Positions 19,985 to 29,779 of a DNA stretch of 64,000 nucleotides are shown here, piece by piece. The translations under genes and the position numbers were made by a program. Position 1 is the first letter of the stretch; each line of letters starts with the position of its first letter. The DNA comes from Ideonella sp. Its GTDB lineage: Bacteria; Pseudomonadota; Gammaproteobacteria; Burkholderiales; Burkholderiaceae_C. The stretch covers positions 989-64,988 of the forward strand of contig DATHWJ010000189.1 of the NCBI GenBank assembly GCA_035460745.1, given 5' to 3'. The notes beneath the pieces were generated by a model, which did not search any database, was not told where the DNA came from, and saw only the letters and a list, made by a program, of their open reading frames with translations.

Positions 19985-20974
19985 TCAATCCAGCTTCGCG
20001 CCGGAGGCCTTGACGACCTCGGCCCAGCGCTTGACCTCGGCCGAGACGAAGCGGCCGAAGTCGTCGCCCCAGACGTTGGGCGTGCTGGTGCCCAGGCCGG
20101 TCCAGGTGGCCTTTAGCTCGTCGGAGTTCAGCGCCTTCTTCAGCTCGGCCTGCATGCGCTCGACGAGCTCCTTGGGCGTGCCCTTGGGCGCCCACAGGCC
20201 ATACCAGGTCGCGACCTGGTAGCCCGGCACACCCGCTTCGACGGCGCTGGGGATGTCCGGGAACCCGGGCGCACGCTGCGCCGCCGCCACCGCCAGCGCC
20301 TTGATGCGGCCGCCCTTGATGTGCGCCGCCGACGAGCCCAGCCCGTCGAACATCAGGTCGACCTGGCCGGCGATCAGGTCTTGCAGCGCCGGGCCCGCGC
20401 CGCGGTAGGGGATGTGGGTGATGAAGGTCTTGGTCTGCAGCTTGAAGAGCTCGCCGGCCAGGTGGTGCGAGGTGCCGTTGCCGGCCGACGCATAGTTGAA
20501 CTTGCCGGGGTTCTTGCGCAGCAGCTCCAGCAGGCTCTTGAGGTCGGTGGCCGCGACCCGCTGCGGGTTCACGACGACCGCCTGCGGCACGCTGGAGATC
20601 AGGCCCACCGGCACGAAGTCGGTCTCGATGTTGTACTCGAGCCTGGGGTACATGCTGGGCGCGATGGCGTGGTGCACGGCGCCCATGAAGAAGGTGTAGC
20701 CGTCGGGCGCGGCCTTGGCGGCGATCGTGGCGCCCACCGTGCCGCCGGCGCCGCCGCGGTTGTCGACGATGACCTGGCGGCCGAGGTCGCGGCTCATGGT
20801 CGCGGTGAGCGGCCGGGCGAAGGCGTCGGTGCCGCCGCCGGCCGGGAAGGGCACGATGATGGTGACCGGTTTGGCCGGCCAGGTGCCCTGGGCGCGGGCC
20901 CAGGGTGCGGCCAGCGCTGCGGCGGCCCCCGCCGTGCCGGCCAGCAGTGCACGGCGGTTCAGATCGGAAGGCAT
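19985..20974 (-). CDS. Bug/TctC tripartite tricarboxylate transporter substrate-binding protein (Tat-like signal)
   Basis: NRRALL, IVPFPAGGGTD, VDNRGGAGG, HIPYRGAGPALQDL. Confidence 0.95.
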   Translation of the reverse strand: MPSDLNRRALLAGTAGAAAALAAPWARAQGTWPAKPVTIIVPFPAGGGTDAFARPLTATMSRDLGRQVIVDNRGGAGGTVGATIAAKAAPDGYTFFMGAVHHAIAPSMYPRLEYNIETDFVPVGLISSVPQAVVVNPQRVAATDLKSLLELLRKNPGKFNYASAGNGTSHHLAGELFKLQTKTFITHIPYRGAGPALQDLIAGQVDLMFDGLGSSAAHIKGGRIKALAVAAAQRAPGFPDIPSAVEAGVPGYQVATWYGLWAPKGTPKELVERMQAELKKALNSDELKATWTGLGTSTPNVWGDDFGRFVSAEVKRWAEVVKASGAKLD

Positions 20975-21086
20975 ACGGCTTTGTCTCCAGTCGGGATGGT
21001 GCGTCGGGCGGCCGCCATGTTCGCACGGCCCCGCGGGCCGGGCGCCCGCCGCGGCGCCCTGGAAAACACCGAGGCGCTGCCGGTGC

Positions 21087-21728
21087 TCAGACGCCCAGGT
21101 AGCGCCCCGGCCGGTGGTTGAGCACCAGGATGGCGCTCATCGCCACCGCGCCCAGCATGGACTGCAGCACCCGCTGAGGCTCGACGACCCAGAAGGCAGC
21201 CAGCACCACGCAGCAGTCCACCGCCATCTGCACCTTGCCGGCGCTCCAGCCGCGCTTCTCCTGCAGGTACTGCGCGACGATGTTGACGCCGCCGACGCTG
21301 GCGCGGTGGCGCAGCAGCGCGAGCAGCCCGAAGCCGATCAGGATGCCGCCCAGCAGCGCGGCGACCCAGGGGTCGAGCTTGTCGAACGACACCACGCGCG
21401 GGGCCAGCGCCGTGAAGGTGGACACCATCGCCACCGCCGCGAAGGTCTTGAGTGTGAACTCCCAGCCCAGCCGGCGCCAGGCGAGCCAGTAGAAGGGCAG
21501 GTTGAGCACGAAGAACAGCCCGCCCAGGTTGAAGCCGGTGCTGTAGCTGAGCAGGAAGGCCAGGCCCGCGACGCCGCCGGTCAGCAGGCCCGCGTGGCCG
21601 TACATCGTCAGCCCGAGCGCGACGAACAGCGCGCCGGCGATCAGCGCGTGGGCGTCGTCCAGCAGGCTGTGTTCGACCGGCGCGAAACGGCGCGAGGTGA
21701 TGGGGGGCGAGGGGCGGGTGTCGGGCAT
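21087..21728 (-). CDS. YitT family membrane protein
   Basis: LLTGGVAGLAFL, NLPFYWLA, HRASVGG, NHRPGRY motifs. Confidence 0.85.
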   Translation of the reverse strand: MPDTRPSPPITSRRFAPVEHSLLDDAHALIAGALFVALGLTMYGHAGLLTGGVAGLAFLLSYSTGFNLGGLFFVLNLPFYWLAWRRLGWEFTLKTFAAVAMVSTFTALAPRVVSFDKLDPWVAALLGGILIGFGLLALLRHRASVGGVNIVAQYLQEKRGWSAGKVQMAVDCCVVLAAFWVVEPQRVLQSMLGAVAMSAILVLNHRPGRYLGV

Positions 21729-21822
21729 GGCGGGCGGGCGGCGGAGCAATGAAAAGCGCTCCCGCCACCCGCATGCACATGCCGTGCCGGGTGCTTGCCC
21801 GGCGCGGTCCGCCTGGGGGTCG

Positions 21823-22596
21823 TCAGGCGCTGACGCCGACCAGCAGCTTGGCCGCGTAGCCCTTGGCCACCGAGCCCTTGAGGGTGGCCATCTGGTAGGT
21901 GGTGCCGTCGCTGAAGACGTTGTCCGCCGCGAAGCTGCGCACGGAGGTGTTCTGGCCGTGGGCGGCGTAGAGCGGCGAGGCGTAGACCGCCTGCGTGACG
22001 TCCTGCGGGAAGGCGATCTGCGAGGTGGCGGTGGCGGCGGCGCCGGTGTTGTCGTTCAGGTAGACCTGGAAATGCACGTGCGTGATGCGGCCGCTGTACC
22101 AGCCGGGGTAGATGCTGGTGAAACGCACGATGCCCTTGGCGTTGCTGACCTGCACGCCGCGCAGAAAGGTCTCGCCCCGCGTGTCGTTGCCGGGCTGGCT
22201 GTAGCCGGAGTAGACACCGTCCTTGTCGCAATGCCAGATGTAGACCGCGGCGTTGGCGATAGGCGCGCAGCCGTTGTTGACGTCGACCAGTTTCAGCGCC
22301 AGCCCCATGGCCACGCCGGTGCGGCCCTCGGTGATGTCGCGGCGCACCTTGCTCGGGTCGTCGAGCACGCTGCTGAGCGGATAGGGGCCCTCGGTCTCCT
22401 GCGGGATCAGCGCGCAGCTGCGGGCGGTGGCGATCTGGCTGGCGCTGAAATCCTCGTCCCACGCATCGGCCGCGAGGGCGGCGTCGGGCAGCCCCAGCAG
22501 GGGCGTTGCGGAGAGTGCACCCAGCGCGCCGAGGGCTGTGCGGCGGCTGCTCAGCAGGCGTTGCGGGGGCGGGGTGGCGACAGGGCGGGCTGGCAT
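21823..22596 (-). CDS. Intradiol ring-cleavage dioxygenase-like protein with Tat-type signal
   Basis: SRRTAL signal, TEGPY, IWHCD..GVYSG, LRGVQ, YPGWYSGRITHVH. Confidence 0.88.
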   Translation of the reverse strand: MPARPVATPPPQRLLSSRRTALGALGALSATPLLGLPDAALAADAWDEDFSASQIATARSCALIPQETEGPYPLSSVLDDPSKVRRDITEGRTGVAMGLALKLVDVNNGCAPIANAAVYIWHCDKDGVYSGYSQPGNDTRGETFLRGVQVSNAKGIVRFTSIYPGWYSGRITHVHFQVYLNDNTGAAATATSQIAFPQDVTQAVYASPLYAAHGQNTSVRSFAADNVFSDGTTYQMATLKGSVAKGYAAKLLVGVSA

Positions 22597-22742
22597 GTAA
22601 GGTTTCTCCTCGTGCGATGTTGGGCGCGGGCCGGGTGGCCCGCGGGCCGGCGCAATGGGCGCCGGCCGACACGGAAGATCGTGGCTGCCGTTGTGGCCTT
22701 GATGAAGCGTTGTTGCCGCCTGGTAAAGCGCAGCGGCCGCGC

Positions 22743-23369
22743 TCAGGCCGTGCGCAGGCGCGTGGACGCCGTTCGGCTGCGCCAGTAGCGCAGCAGCCGC
22801 CAGACCAGCAGCACCGCGACGATCACGGCGTAGACCGACCACTCGCCGAAGTCGTTCTTGCCCGCGCGCATCCAGAAGAAGTGCAGCAAGCCCAGCAGCA
22901 CGATCGCGTAGACGCTCTTGTGCAGCGTCTGCCAGCGCTTGGCGCCCAGCTTCTTGATGGCGGCGTTGAACGAGGTCGCCGCCAGCGGCAGCATCGCCAG
23001 CCAGGCCAGCGTGCCGACCAGGATGAAGGGCCGCTTGGCGATGTCCTTCAGCAGGTCGGCCAGCACGAAGCCCTGGTCCAGCCAGGCGTAGGACAGCCAG
23101 TGCAGCGTGCCGTAGACGAAGGTGGTCACGCCCAGCGTGCGGCGAAAGCGCGCCAGGCCGCTCCAGTTGGTCCATTGGCGCAGGGGGGTCACCGCCAGCG
23201 TCAGGCACAGGCAGCGCAGCGTCCAGTCGCCGAAGCCGCGTATCAGCGCTTCGGCGGGGTTGGCGCCCAGCGTGTTGGCGACCGCGCCGTAGGCGTAGTA
23301 GGCGAACGGCAGGCACAGCAGCAGCCACAGGGCCGGCTTGGCGGCCGGGTGCAGGAGGAGGCGGTTCAT
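22743..23369 (-). CDS. msrQ: Protein-methionine-sulfoxide reductase heme subunit MsrQ
   Basis: LGANPAE, LAVTPLR, RRTLGV..YGTLH, KRPFI, WQTLHKSVY; downstream of msrP. Confidence 0.93.
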   Translation of the reverse strand: MNRLLLHPAAKPALWLLLCLPFAYYAYGAVANTLGANPAEALIRGFGDWTLRCLCLTLAVTPLRQWTNWSGLARFRRTLGVTTFVYGTLHWLSYAWLDQGFVLADLLKDIAKRPFILVGTLAWLAMLPLAATSFNAAIKKLGAKRWQTLHKSVYAIVLLGLLHFFWMRAGKNDFGEWSVYAVIVAVLLVWRLLRYWRSRTASTRLRTA

Positions 23370-23385
23370 GGCGGCAGGGCGGGGG

Positions 23386-24384
23386 TCAGTAGAACTTCTT
23401 CAGGTCCATGCCGGCATAGAGCGAGCCGACCTGCGACTCGTAGCCGTTGAACATCAGCGTCGGCCGCTTCTTGGCGAACAGGCCGTCTTCGCCGATGCGC
23501 CGCTCGGTGGCCTGGCTCCAGCGCGGGTGGTCGACCTTGGGGTTGACGTTGGCGTAGAAGCCGTATTCGTCGCTCGCCGCGCGCATCCAGCTGCTGGTGG
23601 GCTGCTTCTCGACGAAGCGGATCTTGACCAGCGACTTGGCGCTCTTGAAGCCGTACTTCCAGGGCAGCATCAGCCGCACCGGCGCGCCGTTCTGGTTGGG
23701 CAGCACCTCGCCGTAGAGGCCGAAGGCGAGCAGGGCCAGCGGGTGCATGGCTTCGTCCATGCGCAGGCCTTCCACGTACGGCCAGTTCAGCACGCCGGAG
23801 CGCAAGCCGGGCATCTGGGCCTTGTCGGCCAATGTCACGAACTCCACGTACTTGGCGTTGCCGGTCGGCTCCACCTTCTTGATCAGCTCGGAGAGCGAGA
23901 AGCCCACCCAGGGGATCACCATCGACCAGCCCTCGACGCAGCGCAGCCGGTAGATGCGCTCCTCCATCGGGCTGAGCTTCATCAGGTCGTCGAGCGTCAG
24001 CGTCAGGGGCTTTTTCACCTCGCCTTCGATCGCAACCGACCAGGGGCGCGGCTTCAGCGTGTGGGCGGTCTGGGCCGGGTCGGCCTTGTCGGTGCCGAAC
24101 TCGTAGTAGTTGTTGTAGCTGGTGACGTCGCCGTAGGCGGTCGGCTTGTCCATCGTGATCGCACCCGGCACGGCGCTGCGCGCGCCGGGCAGCTTGGCGA
24201 GCTTGCCGGGGCCGGTGGCAGCGGCCTGGGCCAAGGCTTCGCGCTGGGCCCAGCCTGCGGCCGCCACGCCGGCCGCCCCCAGGGCGACGCCCTGCAGCCA
24301 CTCGCGGCGGCCCTGGTAGACGGCTTGCGGGGTGATTTCCGACGCGTGGCGGTGCCGGAATCCGCGGTCCTTGAGGAAAAACAT
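23386..24384 (-). CDS. msrP: Protein-methionine-sulfoxide reductase catalytic subunit MsrP (molybdoenzyme)
   Basis: SEITP..RREWL Tat leader, [43 protein letters not shown]. Confidence 0.96.
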   Translation of the reverse strand: MFFLKDRGFRHRHASEITPQAVYQGRREWLQGVALGAAGVAAAGWAQREALAQAAATGPGKLAKLPGARSAVPGAITMDKPTAYGDVTSYNNYYEFGTDKADPAQTAHTLKPRPWSVAIEGEVKKPLTLTLDDLMKLSPMEERIYRLRCVEGWSMVIPWVGFSLSELIKKVEPTGNAKYVEFVTLADKAQMPGLRSGVLNWPYVEGLRMDEAMHPLALLAFGLYGEVLPNQNGAPVRLMLPWKYGFKSAKSLVKIRFVEKQPTSSWMRAASDEYGFYANVNPKVDHPRWSQATERRIGEDGLFAKKRPTLMFNGYESQVGSLYAGMDLKKFY

Positions 24385-24552
24385 GGTGGCGCCTTCGCTG
24401 ATATGTGAGGTGACAGACCCTGATGGGTCGGTCCTGTTCCCCAAACCTTACGCGAGATCGCGCAAAACGGATTCGGCAAGGCCATCGAGGCGGGGCCGGT
24501 GGCGTCGCGGCTGCCTTGGGGCATGGGCCACTGCGCGGGCAGGGCCACGAGG

Positions 24553-24581
24553 CAAAAAGCGCCGATCGGCGGCGCTTTTTG
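24553..24581. terminator. Intrinsic (possibly bidirectional) terminator after ccsB
   Basis: CAAAAAGCGCCG-ATCGG-CGGCGCTTTTTG hairpin with A/T runs on both sides. Confidence 0.8.
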
Positions 24582-24607
24582 TGGGGCAGTCGGGCGTTGT
24601 TCAGCGC

Positions 24608-25957
24608 TCAGAGTTCGCCGTAGGAGTGCAGCCCCGACAGGAACATGTTGACGCCCAGGAAGGCGAAGGTCGTGACGACCAGCCCGCTCAAGGCCCACCA
24701 GGCCGAAGCCGCGCCGCGCAGGCCCTTCATCATCCGCATGTGCAGCCAGGCGGCGTAGTTGAGCCAGACGATCAGCGCCCAGGTCTCCTTGGGGTCCCAG
24801 CTCCAGTAGCCGCCCCAGGCCTCGGCGGCCCAGAAGGCGCCCAGCACGGTGGCGATGGTGAAGAAGGCGAAGCCGACCGCGATGGATTTGTACATCACGT
24901 CGTCCAGCACCTCGAAGGCCGGCAGCCGATCGGCGATGCGCCGGCGCGCCGCGATGATGCCGCTGACGGCCAGCGCGCTGACGCCGAAATACAGGGTCCA
25001 GTAGATCACCGAGTTGCTGGCCGACTGGCGGAACACCAGCGGCTCGAAGCACAGCACCATGCCCAGCAGCCACAGCGGCGCCAGCTTCCACCACTGGGTC
25101 TGGCCGGCGTGCTGCTTGATCAGGTAGGCGAAGGCCACCATGGCTGCCAGCGCGAAGGTGCCGTAGCCGATGAAATTGGCCGGCACGTGCAGCTTCATCC
25201 ACCAGCTCTGCAGGGCCGGCACCAGCGGCTGGATCTCCTGCGCCTCGCGGGCCACGGTGTACCAGAGCAGGAAGCCGACCGCCGCACTGACGATCAGCAT
25301 CACGAAGGCGCCCAGCGCGCGCGTCTTGTAGTGGGCCTCGAAATAGAGGTAGAAGGCGGTGGTCAGCCAGCAGAAGAGCACGAACACTTCGTACAGGTTG
25401 CTGACCGGGATGTGGCCGATGTCGGGCGCGATCTGGTGGCTCTCGAACCAGCGCACCATGGTGCCGGTGAGGGCCATGAAGACGGCCACCCAGGCCAGCC
25501 GCGAGCCCAGCCGCAGCGCGACGTTGTCCTCGCCGCCGCGGCCGGAGAAGAAGCCTATCCAGTAGAAGGTGGTGCTCATGAAGAACAGCACGCTCATCCA
25601 CAGGATCGCGCTCTGGCTGGCGAGAAAGTACTTGAGCAGGAAGACGTTCTGCCCGGCCGCCAGGTCGGCGCCGAAGCTGTCGGTCGTGCGGCCGTACAGG
25701 GCGATGGCCAGCAGGCTGGCCGCGCCGACCGCCACCGCGAGCAGCCGCAGCGGGCCCCAGAACCAGCCCAGCGCGATCAGCGCCGGCACCGCGCCGAGCA
25801 GGATGGCGCGCTCGTAGACGTCCATCGCCGCGCCGTAGCGCGAAAACGCGAACCCGGCGCCGCCGACGATCAGCGCCGCGAACAGCCAGTCGAAGGCGCC
25901 GATGCGGCCGAACGGGTTGGGCTTGCCCAGCGGCAGCGTGGTGGTGGTCGTGTTCAT
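24608..25957 (-). CDS. ccsB: Cytochrome c biogenesis protein CcsB/ResC (system II, WWD domain)
   Basis: PVSNLYE, LVPALQSWWMKLHV, WAAEAWGGYWSWDPKETW, GLHSY. Confidence 0.95.
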   Translation of the reverse strand: MNTTTTTLPLGKPNPFGRIGAFDWLFAALIVGGAGFAFSRYGAAMDVYERAILLGAVPALIALGWFWGPLRLLAVAVGAASLLAIALYGRTTDSFGADLAAGQNVFLLKYFLASQSAILWMSVLFFMSTTFYWIGFFSGRGGEDNVALRLGSRLAWVAVFMALTGTMVRWFESHQIAPDIGHIPVSNLYEVFVLFCWLTTAFYLYFEAHYKTRALGAFVMLIVSAAVGFLLWYTVAREAQEIQPLVPALQSWWMKLHVPANFIGYGTFALAAMVAFAYLIKQHAGQTQWWKLAPLWLLGMVLCFEPLVFRQSASNSVIYWTLYFGVSALAVSGIIAARRRIADRLPAFEVLDDVMYKSIAVGFAFFTIATVLGAFWAAEAWGGYWSWDPKETWALIVWLNYAAWLHMRMMKGLRGAASAWWALSGLVVTTFAFLGVNMFLSGLHSYGEL

Positions 25958-28137
25958 GTCTTGTCTCCGGTAGCGCCTGTGCCGCCGCTGCCCGCATACA
26001 GGCCTTGGCGTATGGCTTCGAACTCGGCGTCGGCGTCCAGCGTGCGGCGCGGCGTCGACAAGGCCAGCATTGTGCGCGTCGCGCCGGTGGCCTGCCCGTC
26101 GTCGTCCCGCGCGTCGGCCAGCCAGACCCACAGGCGCCGCTCGCGGATGTAAAGCATGGCAAAGACGCCGACGATCAGCAGCACCGCGCCCAGGTAGACC
26201 AGCTTCTTGCCGGGCGCCCGCGCGACCTGGAAGACGCTGGCCTGCACCTGCTCGAAGTTGCTGAGCTGCAGCATCACCGGCGCGGGGTAGAAGAAGCTGT
26301 CGGACAGCGAGAGCACGGCCTGTGTCATGAAGGCCTGGGTGGCATCGCCGGCTTCCAGCGGCTTCAGGCCGGCGCGTTCGCGGCTGAGCTGGGCCAGCTC
26401 GTAGAGCGAGCCGTTGAGGATGCGCAGCAGCACCTCGGAGATGCGCGGCCGGTCGGCCTCGGGCACGGTCTTCTCGATGAACTGGCTGAAGGCCACCAGG
26501 CCGCCCTTGCCGGCGTCGGCACCGGCAGTGGGCGTCGCGCCGTCGGCCGCGGGGGCTTCTGCTCCGGCAAACAGCGAGAGCGCACGCTGGCCGGTCAGGC
26601 GCAGTTGCTCGGCCATCTCGGGCTGGCTGGCAGGCGTGGCCAGCGCCGCGTAGCGCTGGGTCGCCTGGTCGCGCAGCGCGGGGTCGGCCAGCGCCTCGCG
26701 CAGCCGCAGCCAGCCGTTCATGCCGCCTTCTTCGTCGACCGGGATGCGCAGGTAGCGGAAGGGCTCGTTGCCGTTGTCGCGCACGCCGACCAGGTAGACG
26801 CGCTGCCCGTCGAGCTCGACCGGCAGCATGTAGTTGTGGAACTCGCGGTACTGGCCGCTGCTGTCGCGCAGCTTGTAGGTCACCGCCGGGCCCACGTTGC
26901 GCAGGGTCTTGGCCTTGTCAGGGTTGACGCCGGCGCCCAGGTGCTTGTCCAAGGTGCCGGCGAGGTCGACCTTGCGCACGTCGACACTGCCGCTGCCGGC
27001 GTCGCCGCCGAGGTTTTCGACGTTGATCACCTTGAGCGCCGTCAGCTCCAGCGTCAGGCTGTTCTTCGCGGTGCCTTCGCCGCTGCTGAGCAGCTTGCTG
27101 TCGCCGACCCGGCCCTCGATGTCGAAGGGCTTGCCGCCCGCCGTCATCGGCAGCGCCTTCAGCATCACCTTGGAGCCGCCGTCCTCGAAGCTGCTCTGGT
27201 AGATCGCGATGCCGCCGTGGAAGACCGGCTCGTTGACCTTGACGACGGCCGGCGTCGCGGTGCCGTCGGGATCGTGGATCACGATTTCGCTGGCGAACAG
27301 CTTGGGCATGCCGGTTTCGTAGTATTCGACGATGAACTTCTTCAGCTCGATGTCGAAGGGCAGCTCCTGCAGCACCACGCCGTTGGGCATGGAGAGCACG
27401 GCGGTGCCGCCGCGCGAGCCTTCGGGCACCAGCACGTTGCCGCGGAAGGTCGGGTTGCTGGCCGAGAGGCGGTGCTCGGGCGCCACGTCGCGCAGCATGC
27501 CGGCGCCGTCGAAGATGCTCTTGTCGTTGAGCCACATCTGGGCCCGCACGATCAGGTCGCCGTCGAACAGGCCGCCCAGGCAGATCAGCACGATGGCCGA
27601 ATGGGCGCTCAGGTAGCCGAGCTTGTTGATGCGGCCCTTGCGGGCGGCCACCATGGTGCCGCCTTCGCGCACCTGGGCGCGCGCGCTCCAGCCGAGCTCG
27701 GCGAGCAGGCCGGAGACGCGCTGCAGCGCCGCCTCGCGGCCCATCGGCAGCTCGCCGTCGGCCTTGTGGTGGAAGGCCTTGAGCGCCTGCTCGCGCACGT
27801 TCTCCTTGAAGCTGCGCAGGTCGACCACGATCTTCGGCGCATTGCGCGCGATGCACAGGCTGGTGGAGAGCACCAGGAAGGCCAGGATCAGCAAGAACCA
27901 TGGCGCGCTGTAGACGGTGAAGAGGTCGAAGCGCGCGAACACGTCGGCCCAGAAGGGCCCGAACTTGTTGACGTAGTTGTTGAACGGCTCGTTCTGCTTG
28001 ACCACCGTGCCTATCACCGAGGCGATGCAGATCAGGGTCAGCAGCGAGATCGCAAAACGCATCGACGCAAAGAGCTCGACCGCGTCGCGCAGCTTGTGCG
28101 AGGTCTGGGGCAGGGCGGCGCTGGCGGGGGCGGTCAT
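25954..28137 (-). CDS. resB: Cytochrome c biogenesis protein ResB
   Basis: SMRFAISLL..IASVIGTV, YLSAHSAI, VNEP...IYQSSF, PGKKLVYLG. Confidence 0.93.
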   Translation of the reverse strand: MTAPASAALPQTSHKLRDAVELFASMRFAISLLTLICIASVIGTVVKQNEPFNNYVNKFGPFWADVFARFDLFTVYSAPWFLLILAFLVLSTSLCIARNAPKIVVDLRSFKENVREQALKAFHHKADGELPMGREAALQRVSGLLAELGWSARAQVREGGTMVAARKGRINKLGYLSAHSAIVLICLGGLFDGDLIVRAQMWLNDKSIFDGAGMLRDVAPEHRLSASNPTFRGNVLVPEGSRGGTAVLSMPNGVVLQELPFDIELKKFIVEYYETGMPKLFASEIVIHDPDGTATPAVVKVNEPVFHGGIAIYQSSFEDGGSKVMLKALPMTAGGKPFDIEGRVGDSKLLSSGEGTAKNSLTLELTALKVINVENLGGDAGSGSVDVRKVDLAGTLDKHLGAGVNPDKAKTLRNVGPAVTYKLRDSSGQYREFHNYMLPVELDGQRVYLVGVRDNGNEPFRYLRIPVDEEGGMNGWLRLREALADPALRDQATQRYAALATPASQPEMAEQLRLTGQRALSLFAGAEAPAADGATPTAGADAGKGGLVAFSQFIEKTVPEADRPRISEVLLRILNGSLYELAQLSRERAGLKPLEAGDATQAFMTQAVLSLSDSFFYPAPVMLQLSNFEQVQASVFQVARAPGKKLVYLGAVLLIVGVFAMLYIRERRLWVWLADARDDDGQATGATRTMLALSTPRRTLDADAEFEAIRQGLYAGSGGTGATGDKT

Positions 28138-28170
28138 GGCGGAATTATCCGGCGCGGCTCGGCGCCCAAG

Positions 28171-28197
28171 AAAAAGGGCTGGTCGATGACCAGCCCT
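28171..28197 (-). terminator. Intrinsic terminator after the cytochrome c4 gene
   Basis: AGGGCTGGTC-GAT-GACCAGCCCT stem followed by a T-run on the minus strand. Confidence 0.75.
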
Positions 28198-28226
28198 GGC
28201 GGTGGGGTACGCGTTGCCTGGCGGTG

Positions 28227-28871
28227 TCAGCGCAGGCCGGCGATGTAGTCCGAGACGGCCTTGATCTCCAGGTCGTTCAGCTTGGCGGCGATCGCCACCA
28301 TCTGCGGGCTGTTGCCGCGCTGGCCGGCGCGGAAGCCGTTCATCTGGGCGGCGATGTAGTCGGCGTGCTGGCCGCCGATGCGCGGGTACTGGGCCGGGAT
28401 GCCGGCGCCGGTCGGGCTGTGGCAGGCGGCGCAGGCGGGCACCTGCTTGTCGGCGATGCCGCCGCGGTAGATCTTCTCGCCCAGCGCCACGGTGGCCTTG
28501 TTCTTCGCGAAGCCGGGCTTGGCGGTCTTGCTGCCGTAGAAGGCCGTCACGTTGACGATGTCCTCGTCGCTCAGCGTCGAGGCGAAGCCCTTCATGATGG
28601 GGTTGTTGCGTTTGCCCGACTTGAACTCGTGCAGCTGCTTGGCCAGGTACTCGGGGTGCTGGCCCGCGATGATGGGGTTGGCGGGGCTGCCTCGGCTGCC
28701 ATCGGCGGTGTGGCAGGCCGCGCAGACGTTGGTCGAGAGCGTCTGGCCCTTGGCCAGGTCGGGCTTGGCGGCGGCCTTGGCTTCTTCGGCCTGGGCGGGC
28801 GCCAGCAGGGACAAGGCCGCGAAGACAGCGGCGAGCAAGACGTTTGTGGCGGCGGCGACAGGGGTCTTCAT
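28227..28871 (-). CDS. Diheme cytochrome c4
   Basis: Signal peptide, two CxxCH motifs (CAACH twice), GQHPEY/GQHADY. Confidence 0.95.
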   Translation of the reverse strand: MKTPVAAATNVLLAAVFAALSLLAPAQAEEAKAAAKPDLAKGQTLSTNVCAACHTADGSRGSPANPIIAGQHPEYLAKQLHEFKSGKRNNPIMKGFASTLSDEDIVNVTAFYGSKTAKPGFAKNKATVALGEKIYRGGIADKQVPACAACHSPTGAGIPAQYPRIGGQHADYIAAQMNGFRAGQRGNSPQMVAIAAKLNDLEIKAVSDYIAGLR

Positions 28872-29036
28872 CTCGTAAAGGCCTCGGGAAGGGATGTTCT
28901 GGACAGCGATCTCGGGAGCCGCGCCATGGCGGCGTGGGGCCGCTTGTCTCGCGCTCGTGGGGCTTCTTTTTTGTTGCCTGAGGGCCTTGCAGCAAAGAAG
29001 CCCCGACAAGCAAACCGCCGGATTTTACAATGCTCC

Positions 29037-29759
29037 ATGACCGACTCCTCCCTCAACGGCATCGCCGCGCTGCCCGAAGCCGCCCGCCACGCCCTCGCCT
29101 GGGCCCACAGCGCCCGCTTCCTGACCACCGCGGCCCAGCTTGACCAGCTGCCCCAGGGTGACCTCGCCGAGATCGCCTTCGTGGGCCGCAGCAATGCCGG
29201 CAAGTCCACCGCGATCAACGCGCTGTGCCAGCGCCGCCAGCTCGCCTTCGCCTCCAAGACGCCCGGCCGCACCCAGCACATCAACCTCTTCGCGCTCGGC
29301 CCCAAGGACGAGCCCGACACCTACCTGGCCGACCTGCCCGGCTACGGCTACGCCACCGTGGCGCGCACCGCCAAGCTTCGCTGGCAGCAGGTGATGGCCG
29401 ACTACCTGGAGGTGCGCCGCAACCTGGCCGGCGTGGTGCTGCTGGTCGACAGCCGCCTCGGCCTGACGCCGCTGGACCAGCGCCTGCTGTCGTTCGTCGC
29501 GCCGCGCATCGGCAACGGTGCGGTCAAGCTGCTGGTGCTGCTGACCAAGGCCGACAAGCTCAACAAGCGCGAGCAGCAGAAAACCCTCAGCCACACCCAG
29601 AACGAGCTCGCCGGCCTGGCCACCGACAGCTCGGACGTCGGCATCCTGCTGTTCTCCGCCCCCAAGCAGATCGGCCTGGGCGACCTGGCCGAGACGGTGC
29701 ACGGCTGGACCCACGCGCTGGCCGAAGCCACGCCGCCGGCGCCCCCGCCGGCGGCCTGA
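29037..29759 (+). CDS. yihA: Ribosome biogenesis GTPase YihA/EngB/YsxC
   Basis: GRSNAGKS, SKTPGRTQHIN, DLPGYGY, TKADK. Confidence 0.96.
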   Translation: MTDSSLNGIAALPEAARHALAWAHSARFLTTAAQLDQLPQGDLAEIAFVGRSNAGKSTAINALCQRRQLAFASKTPGRTQHINLFALGPKDEPDTYLADLPGYGYATVARTAKLRWQQVMADYLEVRRNLAGVVLLVDSRLGLTPLDQRLLSFVAPRIGNGAVKLLVLLTKADKLNKREQQKTLSHTQNELAGLATDSSDVGILLFSAPKQIGLGDLAETVHGWTHALAEATPPAPPPAA

Positions 29760-29779
29760 AGCCGCGCCGGGTGCCCCAT

